A DNA stretch of 61,197 bases. It comes from Nemertoderma westbladi. Lineage: Eukaryota; Animalia; Xenacoelomorpha. Below the pieces are notes generated by a model. It had not been told where the DNA came from, did not search any database, and saw nothing but the letters and a program-made list of their open reading frames with translations. The DNA lies in NCBI GenBank assembly GCA_032718475.1, contig JAUCBJ010007761.1, positions 1 to 61,197 of the forward strand, read 5' to 3'. Made by a program: the position numbers and the translations under genes. Each line of letters starts with the position of its first letter. Within the stretch, counting starts at the first letter, position 1. Below, piece by piece: positions 1-13,305 of the stretch.

Positions 1-505
1 TTAATCGGAAACTTAAGGTCCGATTATTTAGAGCAGCAGTAGTTCCAGTACTCCTCTACGGGAGTCCATGCTGGGCTCTAACTGCTGAGGACACCAAATC
101 TCTGGATGGCACATTCACAAGAATGCTACGCCGGGTTCATTGTGTCAAGTACAATGCACACATCTCCAACCAGACACTATATAACATTGGAGGTGTCTCA
201 TTGGTTCCCCCAAGCTTGACACTAGAACAAAATCGCCTCCGCTTTGCAGGACATTGCTTTCGCCGTGAGGACCAGCCAGTGCATAATCTTGTACTTTGGC
301 AGCCTCATGGAGTGAATAAGCATGGTGGACAGCCCATGACTTTCTTGAGACGCATCTTAAAGGACACTGGCCTTAAAGATGCGGATGATCTAGCAAATGT
401 CATGGGTGATAGGGAGTTGTGGCGGTGCAATTTTGTTGACAAGCCGGCACAGCATTCTTAAAAATGCAGCTGCAATGCAGCATGCCGATCCTAGTAGTAG
501 TAGTA
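1..505 (+). mobile_element. RTE-clade LINE, 3' end (C-terminus of RT ORF plus (TAG)n tail)
   Basis: ORF 123-461 and its upstream frame read VLLYGSPCW...RLRFAGHCFR...LVLWQP, typical of the RTE ORF C-terminus. Ends in GCCGATCC(TAG)4; the same GCCGATCCTAGTAG terminus recurs near 6877. Confidence 0.85.
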
Positions 506-610
506 TGGAGCCTTTGGACGTTGTACAGTTGTTTTCACATTGATTGGGGCATGTTTATTAAGAATATCTGTAAGAACATTGCCATATTGAATAACCAGAT
601 CATCGATATC
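506..610 (-). pseudogene. Fragment of CR1/L2-type LINE ORF2 (endonuclease-RT linker)
   Basis: Manual translation DIDDLVIQYGNVLTDILNKHAPINVKTTVQRPKAP matches the L(D/N)KHAP..K....R..PW linker motif. It is cut at the RTE tail. Confidence 0.6.
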
Positions 611-3384
611 GATGGTGGTTCTATGTATAGACTCGGTGATTGTATGTCGTCAACAATTTCAATATCCTCACAACATTTACAAAGTAGATCGGAGGATAAC
701 GGATGTACACGTTCTACAGTACATCGTTGACACGATGTAGAAGAGCAGCTGGCTTATTAGTCACTTTACACTAGTAGTGCCTTGCCTATTTTCTATAGAT
801 GTAATTACCCGTTGCCAAGTAATGATGAGATGATTGGACTGGTTCCAACTAATAGGCAATAGCTAGTATGTTAAGGAATGTGGGAGGTATAGAGTGACGA
901 GGGTATTTTGATGACTAAAGTACGTTTAGATCAATTAAAAACGCATTCAAATGCAAATTAAATTAAAGCAAATCACTTGGACTAATTAAGAACTATAGGG
1001 CAATTCCACCATTGATGTAACACTTATGTCGAAAATAAAAAGTCATCTAATCAGCATAATTTTGGTATCAAAATGACGAGAAAGAATTAAATTTTTAATA
1101 AAAGTGACAGATTCTTAATTTTTTTGAGGGTAACAACTGGTTTTTCATTATTGAATATGAGAAAATTTTTTTACGTATTTTCAAATTTGCAGAAAATATT
1201 ACATAATTTGACATAATCTTACTACCATTGAAATTGTCTGATTAAGACAGGTAATTGCACCATCCGAAAATTCAACATTTTTTAGAAGCTTATTGATGAT
1301 AAAAATTGGAATATTGACAGAATAGCATTGTGTATTCAATGTTTCAAAAATTTTAGATTTGGCCTACAGAATTATGTGAGTCCGTAACGAAAAGTACTTA
1401 AAGTTTTAATTTGGAGTACACCCTGCATGTGTATTGCACTGACAATCATTTTCCTTTGGGTTTACAACCAATCAAAACCATCCATTAGGTCTCTATGGTC
1501 TGTATTGCAGCTGAACTGTTTAAGAATAGCGTTACGGACTCACAAATTTTTCGTTACGGACTCATCAGGCGGTAGGTTAGGTAAGAATCTTTCTGCTTTG
1601 TATACATTATTCACTATGTAAACTGAAAGTATTCAGCTCCTGTTAGTCTGACAATTGTCCATCGACAGTGCATTCGAACGTATTCATTCATACATCATCC
1701 TAATGTACGACATTCTTCATTGAGCCCGTTTAATCCTGTCTCTTACGTCTAATACTCACATTTCTGGGCCGAAATGGCCAAACGGCATATATCACGGATG
1801 ACAGAAGTTACTGACAAAGATGGTATAGTATGATACACTCGAAGTTCGCCAAGATTTCATGAAACGAGAGAAAGCCGCCCCAATATTAGATTATTACAAC
1901 AACATATCCATTGGGTAAGAAAGTGGAGGAGAGCCAGCCCGTCTCTTAATTTTTCACTTTATATTACGCGATCAATTTTCACTCATCTCGTCATGAACCC
2001 AAAAACATGTATGTAACCTTTTGTTAAATTTGTTGGCTATGCGTTTGCGGTTGTTTGGGCGGTGTGTGGTAGGCCTACACTTTTCACCACACTTAAATAT
2101 ATTGGTTGTGAAATGTTACAGTGCATAGCGTTCTGAGATATTTCATTTATATTTTATTATGAGAGGAAGAAGAACATACAACGTTATTTACTATATATGT
2201 AACTAAATAATTGTTTTCGGGTTTAACTTGGAAGGAAGCCTCCCCAAATAGTTGATATACAATTATATTTAAAATTATTTCCATGGTCATGGTCATTCAC
2301 CCGTCTTTAGTTAGAAATTTGTTTGCATGAAAGACAGTTTAGTTTAGTTTTTACTGATTTATTATCTCTTATCTGACTGGGGTAATAATAAAGGATAGGA
2401 TAAATGGAAGCAAAGTGTGACAGTAACAAATATTTCCCCGTCAACCTAGCATGTCTTAAGTATATGATATATCAAAGGGGGAAGTTTGGATTCACTGCAT
2501 AAATGCAGTTCACCAAACTTCCCCCGAATGCACACTGTAACTTCCCCCTTCCCCCAAATATCCACTGTTGAATTAATTTGAAGCGATATAATAAGTACAA
2601 AATTGTGCGAGTTTTTAATTGTGTGGTCCAATTGTTATTTGATTTCTATTTATTATTTAAAGTGCATTTAATATCACACTGGTTTTTAGAATATTATACT
2701 ATACTGTACAACCTTGTGTTTTATTAATTTACCCAATCGAAGCCTCATAAGGGCCGGTTATTTGTACGCATATCCCCTAATCCGCTCAGTAAGGTTCAAA
2801 CAACATATTAATATGAAAATAAAGTATCTGCAAAGAAAAGAACCCAATACTATATAATTTCACCTTATTAAAAAATTTGCACTTTTGCACACTTATTTGT
2901 ACGAATGCACTTTAGCAGATCGTTATGGTGGCTCTTATTTAACAAACTTATGTTTATCCTCTACCGATCTACGATGGTGTATGATCAAGTGTCAGTCGCT
3001 AAAAGTGTCAAAAATCCAATTTAATAAATCTGGATTTGCGATTTTGGACCATATTCATGGACATTTTAAGTCACTTTATAGACATAAAAAGTTAAACAAA
3101 TGTTACGATTATAGTTAGAAATCATTCCAAACTACATTTTAATCCAAAAAATAACATTCTACGATGAATAGAACTGGAAATAATAGTGTTAGAAATATCG
3201 AAAAAATGTTCACTATTTAAGTGCATTTTGCACTAAGTGCACATAAGTCTTTTCCCAAGTTTTATCCTATTTCACACATTACAATCTATCCTCTATACAA
3301 TGCAAAAAGTTTCAATTAAACGGCCCTGTAGAACCGAAGTCATTTATGTTTAAAAATAGTCACTCGAAAATTTCAAATTCTCTT

Positions 3385-3457
3385 GGTTACATAGTCTAGT
3401 GGTTATCAATCACGTTAATGAAACCTAAGTTCGCGGGTTCGAAATCCAATATTGACC
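3385..3457 (+). pseudogene. tRNA-like sequence (pseudo-tRNA or SINE head)
   Basis: 73 nt with A-box-like TAGTCTAGTGGT, B-box-like GGTTCGAAATCC, GGTTA/TGACC terminal pairing and a T7 run at about 3471-3477. No convincing anticodon stem. Confidence 0.45.
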
Positions 3458-4893
3458 TGACCATTCTTAATTTTTTTGCAAAAAAAATTATTTTTATTTT
3501 TTCACTAAAATCGCTCTAAATTCGGTTCTGGTGGTCCAAATTCAATAAAATTGGTATATTCTTTGCCGTAATTTTTTTCTTAATCTTTTGAGAAGGGGTT
3601 ATTTTTGGCCCCAAAAAAATTAAAAAAAAGGGCCAAAATAACGCGATATTTTTCGACCCTTAATATATATGTTAAGATAAAAGATAGCGGAGTTAATTTG
3701 ATACTTTTTACAGGTACTTTTGGCGCAATACGCTAAATTATAATGGAATAGCGATTTGTTAAAAAAAGAATTTTTCGTCCCTTTTTATAAATATTATATT
3801 TCACACGATCGCCTGCCGCTCCAGTTTTATAATACCTCCGGCGCTGTGATTAACGCTGTTAGATAGATAATTTAACGCACTATAAGTCTGTGTAAACAAA
3901 TCTCCCGTAAGTTAAGTAGTTTTCGAGCTAGACGATTTCCCGCGAAGCAAGTTTGTAGCGCGAAATTATAATTTTGGCCCTCATTTTTTTAATATCATCC
4001 TTGGAGCAAAACCGATAGCATATTTGAATTCCCCGTATGGATATTGACTGTATAGAATGTACCTTAACCAACTAAAGTTAAAAATAAAAAATTATTCGAT
4101 AAAAACTACTTTACAAATTCTGGCCCTTTTTGGCCCCTATTGCCGGCATATTTTTGTACCCCCATTCGATAGGAACGTAGCCCCAATGGTCTTCTACGAG
4201 TTTCATAAAAGAATTAGTGGATTCCTACCCGCGTTGTCGAATTAAACATTTCGGAAATAAGTTTTCCAAAAAAGACGGACAAAAACGTACAAATTTACAG
4301 CCCCTTTTTCCACCCGAAATATTAATAAATATCTTACCCCCATTCGATACGAAGGTAGTACCACTCTTCCCCTTTCCAACCGCGTTAATTTCGTCCCCGT
4401 ACGATTAATATTAGCCGAGTCAGAGCGGATCCCGCAAAGCCATTTTGTCCGTTTTTTCAACTTTGACGGACAATTTCGGGAAAAAGGCGTGGTAATCTTT
4501 TTTGAAAAAAAAAACGAATTCACTAATTAATCCCTTCTATAGTATCCCGGCGTCGGTTAAGCAATAACTTTTTCGAGCCACTGTAGAGCGCCTTTCAAAA
4601 AATTTTTAAAATTGTCAAAAAAATGACGGTATTTTGTCCGCCGTGTCCGTCGAGGGGATAGATTTGCTAATGTTAGAGTGGCTAATATCTTAGAATTCCG
4701 AGTCGCTCCCCTGGTGCGAAAATAAAAAAAATTGGTCTGTTCCTTCATCGAAAAGTCCCCCAGAATCCCAAGTTAACCTACATATTAATACTGTAGTTAG
4801 CGATGGCCTGCGGCTTTAGGAGCGGCCGCGGTATTCACCTCCCTCATAGCGGCCGCGGCGGTGTTGCGTCAAATGGATAAATATTTATCCCAC

Positions 4894-5446
4894 CAAGGTG
4901 TAGTAAAATAAATTAAGTCTAGTACTGGAGGTATTTAGGTTAATCTTGTATACAATATTGGAGTATTAAAATGGGTATAATATGGCGTGAGTAAGAAATT
5001 AAGGAGTGGAGGAGTGGAGTCAAGTAAGCAAACAGGATGAAAGAACAATAACTACTGTAGTACTGTATGATATATGGAATATATGACTGTGTGTTAGTAC
5101 CTCCACGGCACGGCCGTGGAATTATCTTGGTGGAAGGTTGTGTACAGTAAAGGGGGGTGGATAATAAACTATTGATAAAAGGTCATTCATTACATTGCTC
5201 GAGAGATAACGGTTGATATATTATGAGAGGTGTTAGTTTAATAGGAGTCAGATGTTATCAATATTGTATTGTACCATATAACCAGAGACTTGTTGGTGTA
5301 GTGGTTCATTTCTATATATTTATTATTGTGATATTTACTACATGAAATATCACTTCTCTCGGTACCATAAGTCCTTGATGATTTGAGTTCGAAGCAAATA
5401 AGTATAGTTAGTGCGATTTTGAAAAACATCTTAAAGTTTATATACA
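4894..5446. repeat. Unclassified dispersed repeat, copy 1 (~550 bp)
   Basis: Highly similar to 47735-48345; both begin sharply at CAAGGTGTAGTAAAATAAATTAAGTCTAG. Confidence 0.8.
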
Positions 5447-5616
5447 ATCCGGAACGTTTCGTATAATTACTGTACTTTATACATCATCAGCCGAAATAAC
5501 AGTATAAATTAGGCCTAAAGAAATACACATAAGTATATTAATTAGATACTGCAAAAGTGAACGGAATTATAGTATCTGTACTGCACAGTTTCTGTTGTTC
5601 TATATTTACTACTGAA

Positions 5617-5995
5617 TATTGGACACGTTCGTGGGGCCTTCGCGCAGCACGAATTGAGCAAAGCCTTTAGCATATGGGCACCATTAATGAGTTGTCTTCC
5701 ATTAGTCAGAAGTCTTCAACAAAATACTCGTCATCCTCTTGTTGTGCCTCGTTGCGTTCGTTTATTTTTGACCAAACTTCAGATTCGTTCTAAACTTTTG
5801 CCGGACTACATATGTACCAAGTTTCGTTTAATTTCATCAAGGATTAACCAAGTTATTAGTTAAATTTCCAAAAATCAAAAATTTACGAAGACGACGACAG
5901 ATAACGACGATGACAGACGACGACGACTATAACGACAGACAACTCGCCAATGGCACCCATATGCTAAGGCTTTGCTCACTTCGTGGCTCGCCCAA
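5617..5995 (+). mobile_element. Helentron-associated / DINE-1-like non-autonomous element
   Basis: Subterminal inverted repeats TGAGCAAAGCCTTTAGCATATGGG (~5655) and CCCATATGCTAAGGCTTTGCTCA (~5956), a GAC/GACA microsatellite at 5888-5941, and a terminal GCTCACTTCGTGGCTCGCCCAA motif. Confidence 0.55.
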
Positions 5996-6180
5996 CAATG
6001 TACCGGTTGGTTTGTGTGGGTAAAAGGGATTATTGGATTGGGGGGGTTTGCCAACAGTACTCACAGCTGAGAGAGAGGTAACTAACTTTTTGGGTGTAAA
6101 GGTGGAGGTGTTAATATTATATCGGTCATATATTTATGACAATTATGACAAGAGTCCCACAAAAAATGAAAACAAATAAG

Positions 6181-6892
6181 TTGGTGCCAGTTCCCAAGAA
6201 GGGCAACCTAACACTCTATGGTTCTTTTCGGGGAATCTCATTGATCTCGATTGCTGCAAAGCTGTACAAATTCTATTAAATCGCACCAGGGATCCCATTG
6301 AGAGACTGCTCCGTGGAAATCAGAATGGGTTCCGTAAAGGTCGTGGGACCATGGAGCCCATTTGGGCACTTAGAAGGATAATTGAACAGTTATCAAAAAA
6401 GAAAGACAGGCATCTGGCTGTTATCTTAGTTGACTTCTTCAAGGCCTATGATTCAGTCTCTCGCTCACGTATGTTCAGCATACTTTTATTATATGGGATT
6501 CCTGATGAAATCATTGCAGCAATCATATCAGTATACGATGGTTCGACAACATTTGTGTCTACTGTTGACGGTGACACAGAACCATTTGAAGTGTTATGGG
6601 GCGTCCTCCAGGAAGACACACTTGCACCATTCTTGTTCATAATTGTTGTTGACTATGTTCTACGCATGTCCTTAGATCATCATAATGATGGGGTGATGAT
6701 AACTCCACCTACTGGCTCCAGAAGTCGAGGAAATCCTGCCAAGTACCTAGCTGATCTAGACTTTGCTGATGACTTAGGAGTACTCTCACAATCACTAGAG
6801 GGAGCCCAACGGCTCCTCAGCTCATTAGAACATGCTGCTTCTAGTGTGTTCTAGTGTGTTCTAGTGTTCTAGAACTGCCGATCCTAGTAGTG
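6181..6892 (+). mobile_element. RTE-clade LINE fragment (reverse transcriptase core, decayed, internally deleted)
   Basis: VPVPKKG, QNGFRKGR, VDFFKAYD, GVLQEDTLAPFLF and DLDFADD motifs (ORF 6351-6854). Jumps via CTAGTGTGTT repeats to the family 3' end GCCGATCCTAGTAG. Confidence 0.9.
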
Positions 6893-7705
6893 TGGTTACA
6901 CAGTGAAAACAAGCTGGATGAGTCTGCCTGAACATGAGTAGGGTATCAAGTTTTGCCGTACAGCTGTAGGTACCTGAGGTAGATAGCGAGTCTGTAGGTA
7001 GCGGCTTCCGAGATTTCAGAAATGGCTAAGTTGACAGTCTGAGTGTCAGACTGTGCTGGATGTGAGTTCTAAGATATCCCACCGCTGCCACCACGCCAAT
7101 GTGGAAGGAAGCTAAGAATGATATATGTATCAGTATATGATAATATAATAACAGAAGCTATATGGTAGGGAGCGGTAAAAGTGTGTTATGCACATGCAGA
7201 CAAAAAGTGCCGGTTGGCCAGGCATGGCCTACAGTCAATCCTAATAGGGTAGGTAACGCAATAGTGCTGCGCGGACTGGCGCAGGCAGAACCCCGCGGCA
7301 ACCCTTCATACTCCTACAGGCACGTCATTGGTACGGTACTCCAGGTACGTTATTGGTTCATTTGGATAATAAATACATAATAGGAGAGGAGCCCTACCAT
7401 TTATAAGTATTAGACCTACGTACAGACAGCGACTGAATTTATTCAGCACGTGATTCATATTTGTAAAATGTACACCAATCGTAGTAAAATAGTATAAAAT
7501 TTAGGGTCAGCCTGATTATTTTACCGTATATTTTGATCAACACACACGCCTTTTTGAAATTATTCGTACCTCACAAAACACATTATTTGTCCTATATCCG
7601 CGACCTTTGTACCTTGTACGCTAGTAGGCATTTAGCTAGCAACCCCACCCCATATAAATCACACCGCGGCAAGGTATACGAGCGCATATAGTCCGTCCAC
7701 CAGTC

Positions 7706-8951
7706 TGTTCGCGCTTTTAGACCTTTAGCAGTTTAACCTGCCAATTTTAATTGTCTTTTTGTATATCAATTATTTAATGTACTGAAGTTACATCAGCCGA
7801 AGCCAGCCTGTGCGCGACCATTCACCCACAGTTAAGGGAGACTGGATTCGGATGCTTTGATAGTGATTGCAGTGTAGACCTACTGTATTATTCGATTGAT
7901 CGTTAATATATAATCTCTGACAATATATTTACTTTCGGGGAAATATTAACAGTTCCTTTAGGACGTGGCGCTTTAAGTATAAAACAGAGTTATGACTTAT
8001 ACTAATCACAACTGGATGGCTACTGAGTTTCGTAAAAAGCGCATTCTTTAGGAGATGCTTTATTAACCTTCACAATACTTCACACGACTTCACACTAGTT
8101 CACACTACTGCGCACTGATCTGCCGACCGTCACTGAATTTGATCATATATAAGGAGGATCGCAACTGACACATGTAGGGATTATGAAATAGCATTCAATT
8201 CACACAAAAACAACTATAATGTAAGTCGCAGTTGCTACCGGTAAACCTGTTCCTCTAACCTTTAGTAATCAAGAAGATTGAGGGTTTTATGATTATTCAT
8301 CGGTATTCTCCAAATATATCAGCAATATACACCAACATAACACCAAGTAATAACAGAATCAAATAATGCGGTGAACAGTCAGTATGTGTTACTTATGCAG
8401 TGTTCCATGTGCAGCAATGCATGAATTGCGGTGTGATGCGTTAGTTGAATCGCGTTGCGTAGTGCCGCGTTTCAGTGATTCAGATAGGAAGTATGATTCA
8501 GCAATGATTCAGTTAATAATTTTACGTTCTTGTAATCAAAGCCATCTGATGTTTCTGATGTTTAGGTCAAAGTCTGAAACTTCTACAGAAGTACAGAAGA
8601 ATCTCTAAGCCGATGTTCGGAGGCTCAGAAAAGGTAAACAAAGACCGTAATGCATTGCGGGTCATTCCGTAGGCCTCTGTACAAGATAAAAATGAAAATC
8701 GCTCTGATTGGCTGAGCTGAGCGAGCTGAACAAAGAGATGTGCCACGTTTACAGTAAATCAGCTGACAGATTTCGTCATCTGAGTTACAGTCTTTAGAGT
8801 ATTAAGCGCATTGCGGAGAAAATTGCTTGTTATGTCCGCTAAAACACCTTCATGGTACATTGCGGAGAAAATGGCTTGTTATGTCCGCTAAAACACCTAC
8901 ACAGTATATTGCGGAGAAAAATGACCTTTTATATCCGCAAAAGCTTTTACA
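7706..8951 (-). mobile_element. Solo LTR of the BEL/Pao family (variant A)
   Basis: TG...CA termini (TGTTCGCG...TTTTACA), homologous to the LTRs at 9707, 10475 and 29790, flanked by the 5-bp TSD CAGTC (7701-7705 and 8952-8956). Confidence 0.93.
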
Positions 8952-9706
8952 CAGTCAGCACCATTAGTTAGGATTCGCTGCGCGGAATTTTGTTTTGACT
9001 AGTTCCTGTCCGTTCGTAGACTTTTCTCTGCCTCACCGGTCAGAGAACCAGTATAATTATTTAGAGTTTACTGTTTTTACCAAAGGTAATAATAGTACGT
9101 TGGACTTGTTCTCACTAATAAACTATTTGTTTGCAAGAATAAAGTAACAAATTTATTCTTAATTTTTACCTTCTCGCTCGAATATACCTCAAAATCGGTA
9201 GAAAAATTTGTAGGGTACTTTTTCCCTTTGGAAAAAAGTAACTCATACTGTAGGATTGCATGAACACAGTGTGTTTAAAAAATACCCACCCGAAATGTTT
9301 TTTCAGAACAACCACATGCACTAGTTATTAAAAAAAATTTTTTTTTTAAATATTTGACCGGGCTATTGTCTTTTAATTAACAATTATCAATTATTAAATT
9401 ATTATAATTATATTAATTATATTATAAAACTTTAAAAAAATTACCAATTCAAAATTTCGATTTATTTGCAGTCCGCATGTTTTAGTTTAAATTTAGCTTG
9501 AACTAACATATTTCATCGGGCTATTGGCCATTAATACACAATAATTTAATGGCTCATATTGAAATATGTAGCCACAAATAGAATAATTTGAAATTTCGCC
9601 GAAAATAGTACTTCCATTGATACCACAGACTCAAACATAGTACCATTGACCCGCAATCATCGATTTAGTTTTGGGCGAAACCTCCAAAAAAAAGAGTAGA
9701 GCGGTT

Positions 9707-10474
9707 TGTTCGCGCTTTCAGACCTTTAGCAGTTTAACCTGCCAATTTTAGGTGTCCTCTTATTTATAAATCGACTTTAGCCTATAACAATTATTTAATG
9801 CACATGAAGTAACATTAGCCGAAGCCAGTCTATGCGCGATCATTCACCTACAGTTAAGGGAGACTGGATTCGAGTGCTTTGAAGTTATTGCGTTGTAGAC
9901 CTACTGTATTATTCGATTGATCGTTACTATATAATCTCTGACAAATATATTTACTTTAGGGGAGATATTAACAGTTCCTTTAGGACGTGGCGCTTTAAGT
10001 ATAAAAACAGAGTTATGACTTATACTAATCACAACTAGATGGCTACTGAGTTTCGTAAATAGCGCATTCTTTAGGAGATGCTTTATTATCTGTCACACTA
10101 CTGCATACGACTTCACACCGCTGCACACTGATTTGCCGACCCTCACTGAATTTGATCATATATAAGGAGGGTAGCAACTGACACATGTAGGGATTATGAA
10201 ATAGCATTTAATGCACACTAAAACCACTGTAATGTAAGTCGCAATTGCTACCGGTAACCGGTCCCTCTAACCTTTAGTAATCAAGAAGATTGGGGGTTTT
10301 ATGATTATTTATCGATATTCTCCAAATATAACAACATATCCATCAACATATAACCATTAATAACAGACAGTAAACAGAAGTAAAATAATGCGGTGATAGT
10401 CAGCCAGTATCAGTAATACCGGTACCGCAGGTGCCAAGTGACCAGTTGTTATGGTTAGTTGCACAGTTGCACAG
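9707..10474 (-). repeat. 3' LTR of outer BEL element, distal part (variant B)
   Basis: Colinear with 29790-30555; interrupted after CACAG by the nested element. Confidence 0.92.
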
Positions 10475-11754
10475 TGTTCGCGCTTTTAGACCTTTAGCAG
10501 TTTAACCTGCCAAATTTAGGTGTCTTCTAGGTTATAAATCGACTTTAGCCTATGACAAGTATTTGATACACTACATTAGCCGAAGCCAGCCTATGCGCGA
10601 CCATTCACCCACTGGATTTACCCGGGAGACTGGATTCGGATGCTCTGACCTTGTTGCGGTGTAGGCCTACTGTATTATTCGATTGATCGTTAATATATAA
10701 TCTCTGACAAATATTATTCACTTTCGGGAAATATCAACAGTTCCTTTAGGACGTGGCGCTCTAAGTATGTAAACAGAGTTATGACTTACACTAAACACAA
10801 CAGGATGGCTAATGATTCACGTATAAAGCGCATTCTTTAGGAGATGCTTTGTTATCTATCACACTCATGCACACTACCGCACAATGCTGCACACCGATCT
10901 GCCGACCTTCACTAATTTTAATCATGTATAAGGAGAACAGCAACCGACACATGTAGGGCCTATGAAATAGCATTCAATTCACTCCAAAACCACTATAATG
11001 TAAGTCGCAATTGCTATATGTAACCGGTCTCTCTAACCTTCAGTATATCAAGAAGATTGGGGTTTTATGGTTATTTATCGATATTCTCCAAATATAACAA
11101 TATTCCATCAACTGATACAATTAATAACCGACAGTAAATAGCAGTAAAACAATGCGGTGAAAGGTATGTATAGCATTTGAGTCTGACCAGTTCGGTTTGT
11201 GATATGAGGTGCGATATAGTTTGATTTGATAACAGTTATACGTTTCTATGATCAAAGCCGTTCTAATGTTTGGCTAAAGTCTGAAACACAGAATAATTCC
11301 ACAGCCGATGTTCTGGCATCAGGTAAAAAGGTAAACATAAACCATAATGCATTGCGCGATTTCCCGGAGGTTTCTGTACAAATAAAATGAAAATCGCTCT
11401 GATTGGTCGACCGAACAAAGAACAAAGAAAAAGTTACACGTGGACATATCAGCTGATAGATGTTGTCATCTGAACTTACACTGTATCAAGAGTATTTTGG
11501 CGTATTGCGACATAAAATCGCTAGTTATGTCCGCTAAAGTACACATACAGAAGAAATGGCTTTTTATGTCCACTAAAACACCGGTACAGTAAGGAAACGG
11601 CTTTTTATGTCCGCTAAAACACCTACAGAGTACTTTGCGGGAAAAATAACCAGCTAATTCCGCAAAAGCCTTTACACCACTCCCAGAAAATGGGATTTAA
11701 TTCTATAAAATATAAAAAATCACAGTTTCTAAAATATAAAAATACTCTAAACAG

Positions 11755-13305
11755 TTAGTCTTTCTTGCGCGGACAGCGTTTACGCAGTTTTTTTGAGGCT
11801 AGCAAGAGTCCTTTTCTCTTTGGGGTGAGCCACTTTACTAGGAGGGCTATAACTCCTAGGTGAAGGGTGCAATACAATTGCATCGGAAGGTTTAGGATTA
11901 CGGTCGGTGTATCCGCCGGTCGAGGTACCTGGTTGATCGATATCAACTTCAGTGGAGCGAAGTCTAACGGCCTTTAGAGCGCGTTTTAGAACAGCGGCTC
12001 CTACTGGTCCCTGACCAGTCGTCTGAACGATAGCGGTAGGTGGACCGTGTGTAGTGAGAAATTTCCTCAGTTTGATGATTCTTTCCAACTCGCGTTCTTG
12101 GGCTCTATCGGAATCGATATGCTTCTCCTCGAGCTGATTTTCCTCCGCTTGTCGTTGAAAGCATTCGTCCAAACTCTTGCAAGAAGTAGAGTCGTCCAAG
12201 TTCGATATCTTCTTATAGATTCTGGATTTTCTGATCGAACTGAGATAAAGCTAATTCGTTTACCGCTTGGACTTGCTGCTGCAATTTACGTTTCTCTAAA
12301 CATTGTAGGTTCCTTTTCCGATCTTTTGATGAATAGTGTCCAACGCTTTTCGTACAACTCTCTCCTCCACCTCGGGGACAGGTTGTATCGGGTTAAACCG
12401 GGACGATGATACGGTTGAATGGCGATATTAGATGTCCGAGTCCCAATCCGGCTAGGTAAGATGGGCGAATATTTAGGGAGCCCACAACCAGAGTGCCACC
12501 GACCAATTGTTCGGGTAACACTAGATCTTTGAACAGTGAGTACAGTTCGGGAGGATCCGTGATACTATTAGGATCAAGAGTCTGAGGTCTAACTAGGGAA
12601 TGAGGAGGTCTGACCGAGTATTCCGGAACTCCGACCATAGGTTTATTTAAGGATCGTTTGAGTCGAGCGAGCGTAGGTGATACATCGAACAAGTTTCGCT
12701 CGAAACTCCCGTAAATATAGCGAGTAAAACTGTGTTTAGAGCAACGTCTCCGCTGATGTTTATGTCTTTCCGTTTGTTGGTGGGATCTTGGGCATTCATC
12801 GCAATAATACCAAAGACGCACGTCTTGTAGGGGAAACGCGGGTGATATTTATTCGGTTTTACAATGTTTCTCTCAAGAATTCCAAATATACGTTGGAGTT
12901 ACCGCGTTTATCAGGTTCTTTAACGTCTTCTCTTTCGAGTCGATTTTGAATAGGATTTTCGCATTCGATTTTCAGTTTATCGTTCCGACTCCGCTGGGTA
13001 GGATATTTACATAGTACCATTTCCCTTTCGGTGTCGACATCGTCCGTATCGTGTAAATCGATAGGATGACCAGTAGTTAAGAAGTCCATATGCGTACCAT
13101 TACGATGCGTATAGCGAGCAGTGAATTTTCGATAGTCCAAGTCATGAGTCAGTTGCTCCTGGGACATTGACGGTTCGATATAACGGCCATCGTCCTCCGT
13201 AGTAGTTGGACTAGCGTCGCCGCGTATTAAGCTATCAACAAACGCTTGCAATGGTAGAGTATATCGCTCCCTGATACCAAGATCATCTTCTATCAACTCA
13301 GTCAT
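11755..13305 (-). pseudogene. Accessory ORF region (ORF3) of the BEL element, unknown function, frameshifted
   Basis: Three consecutive same-strand ORFs (12859-13305, 12393-12821, 11780-12199) in a GC-richer block between integrase and the PPT. The 3' part is also present in the outer element (18191-18886). Confidence 0.6.

Noticed and set aside
997-4780. Short ORFs and small inverted repeats (e.g. GTGAGTCCGTAAC at ~1376 and its inverse at ~1531; GGGGAAGTTTGG/CCAAACTTCCCC at 2478-2524)
   Set aside because: Probably decayed non-autonomous DNA transposons, but I could not define termini or TSDs, and the ORFs are low-complexity AT-rich noise.
11755-13305. ORF3 as an envelope gene
   Set aside because: No signal peptide, fusion peptide or transmembrane anchor in any of the three ORFs.
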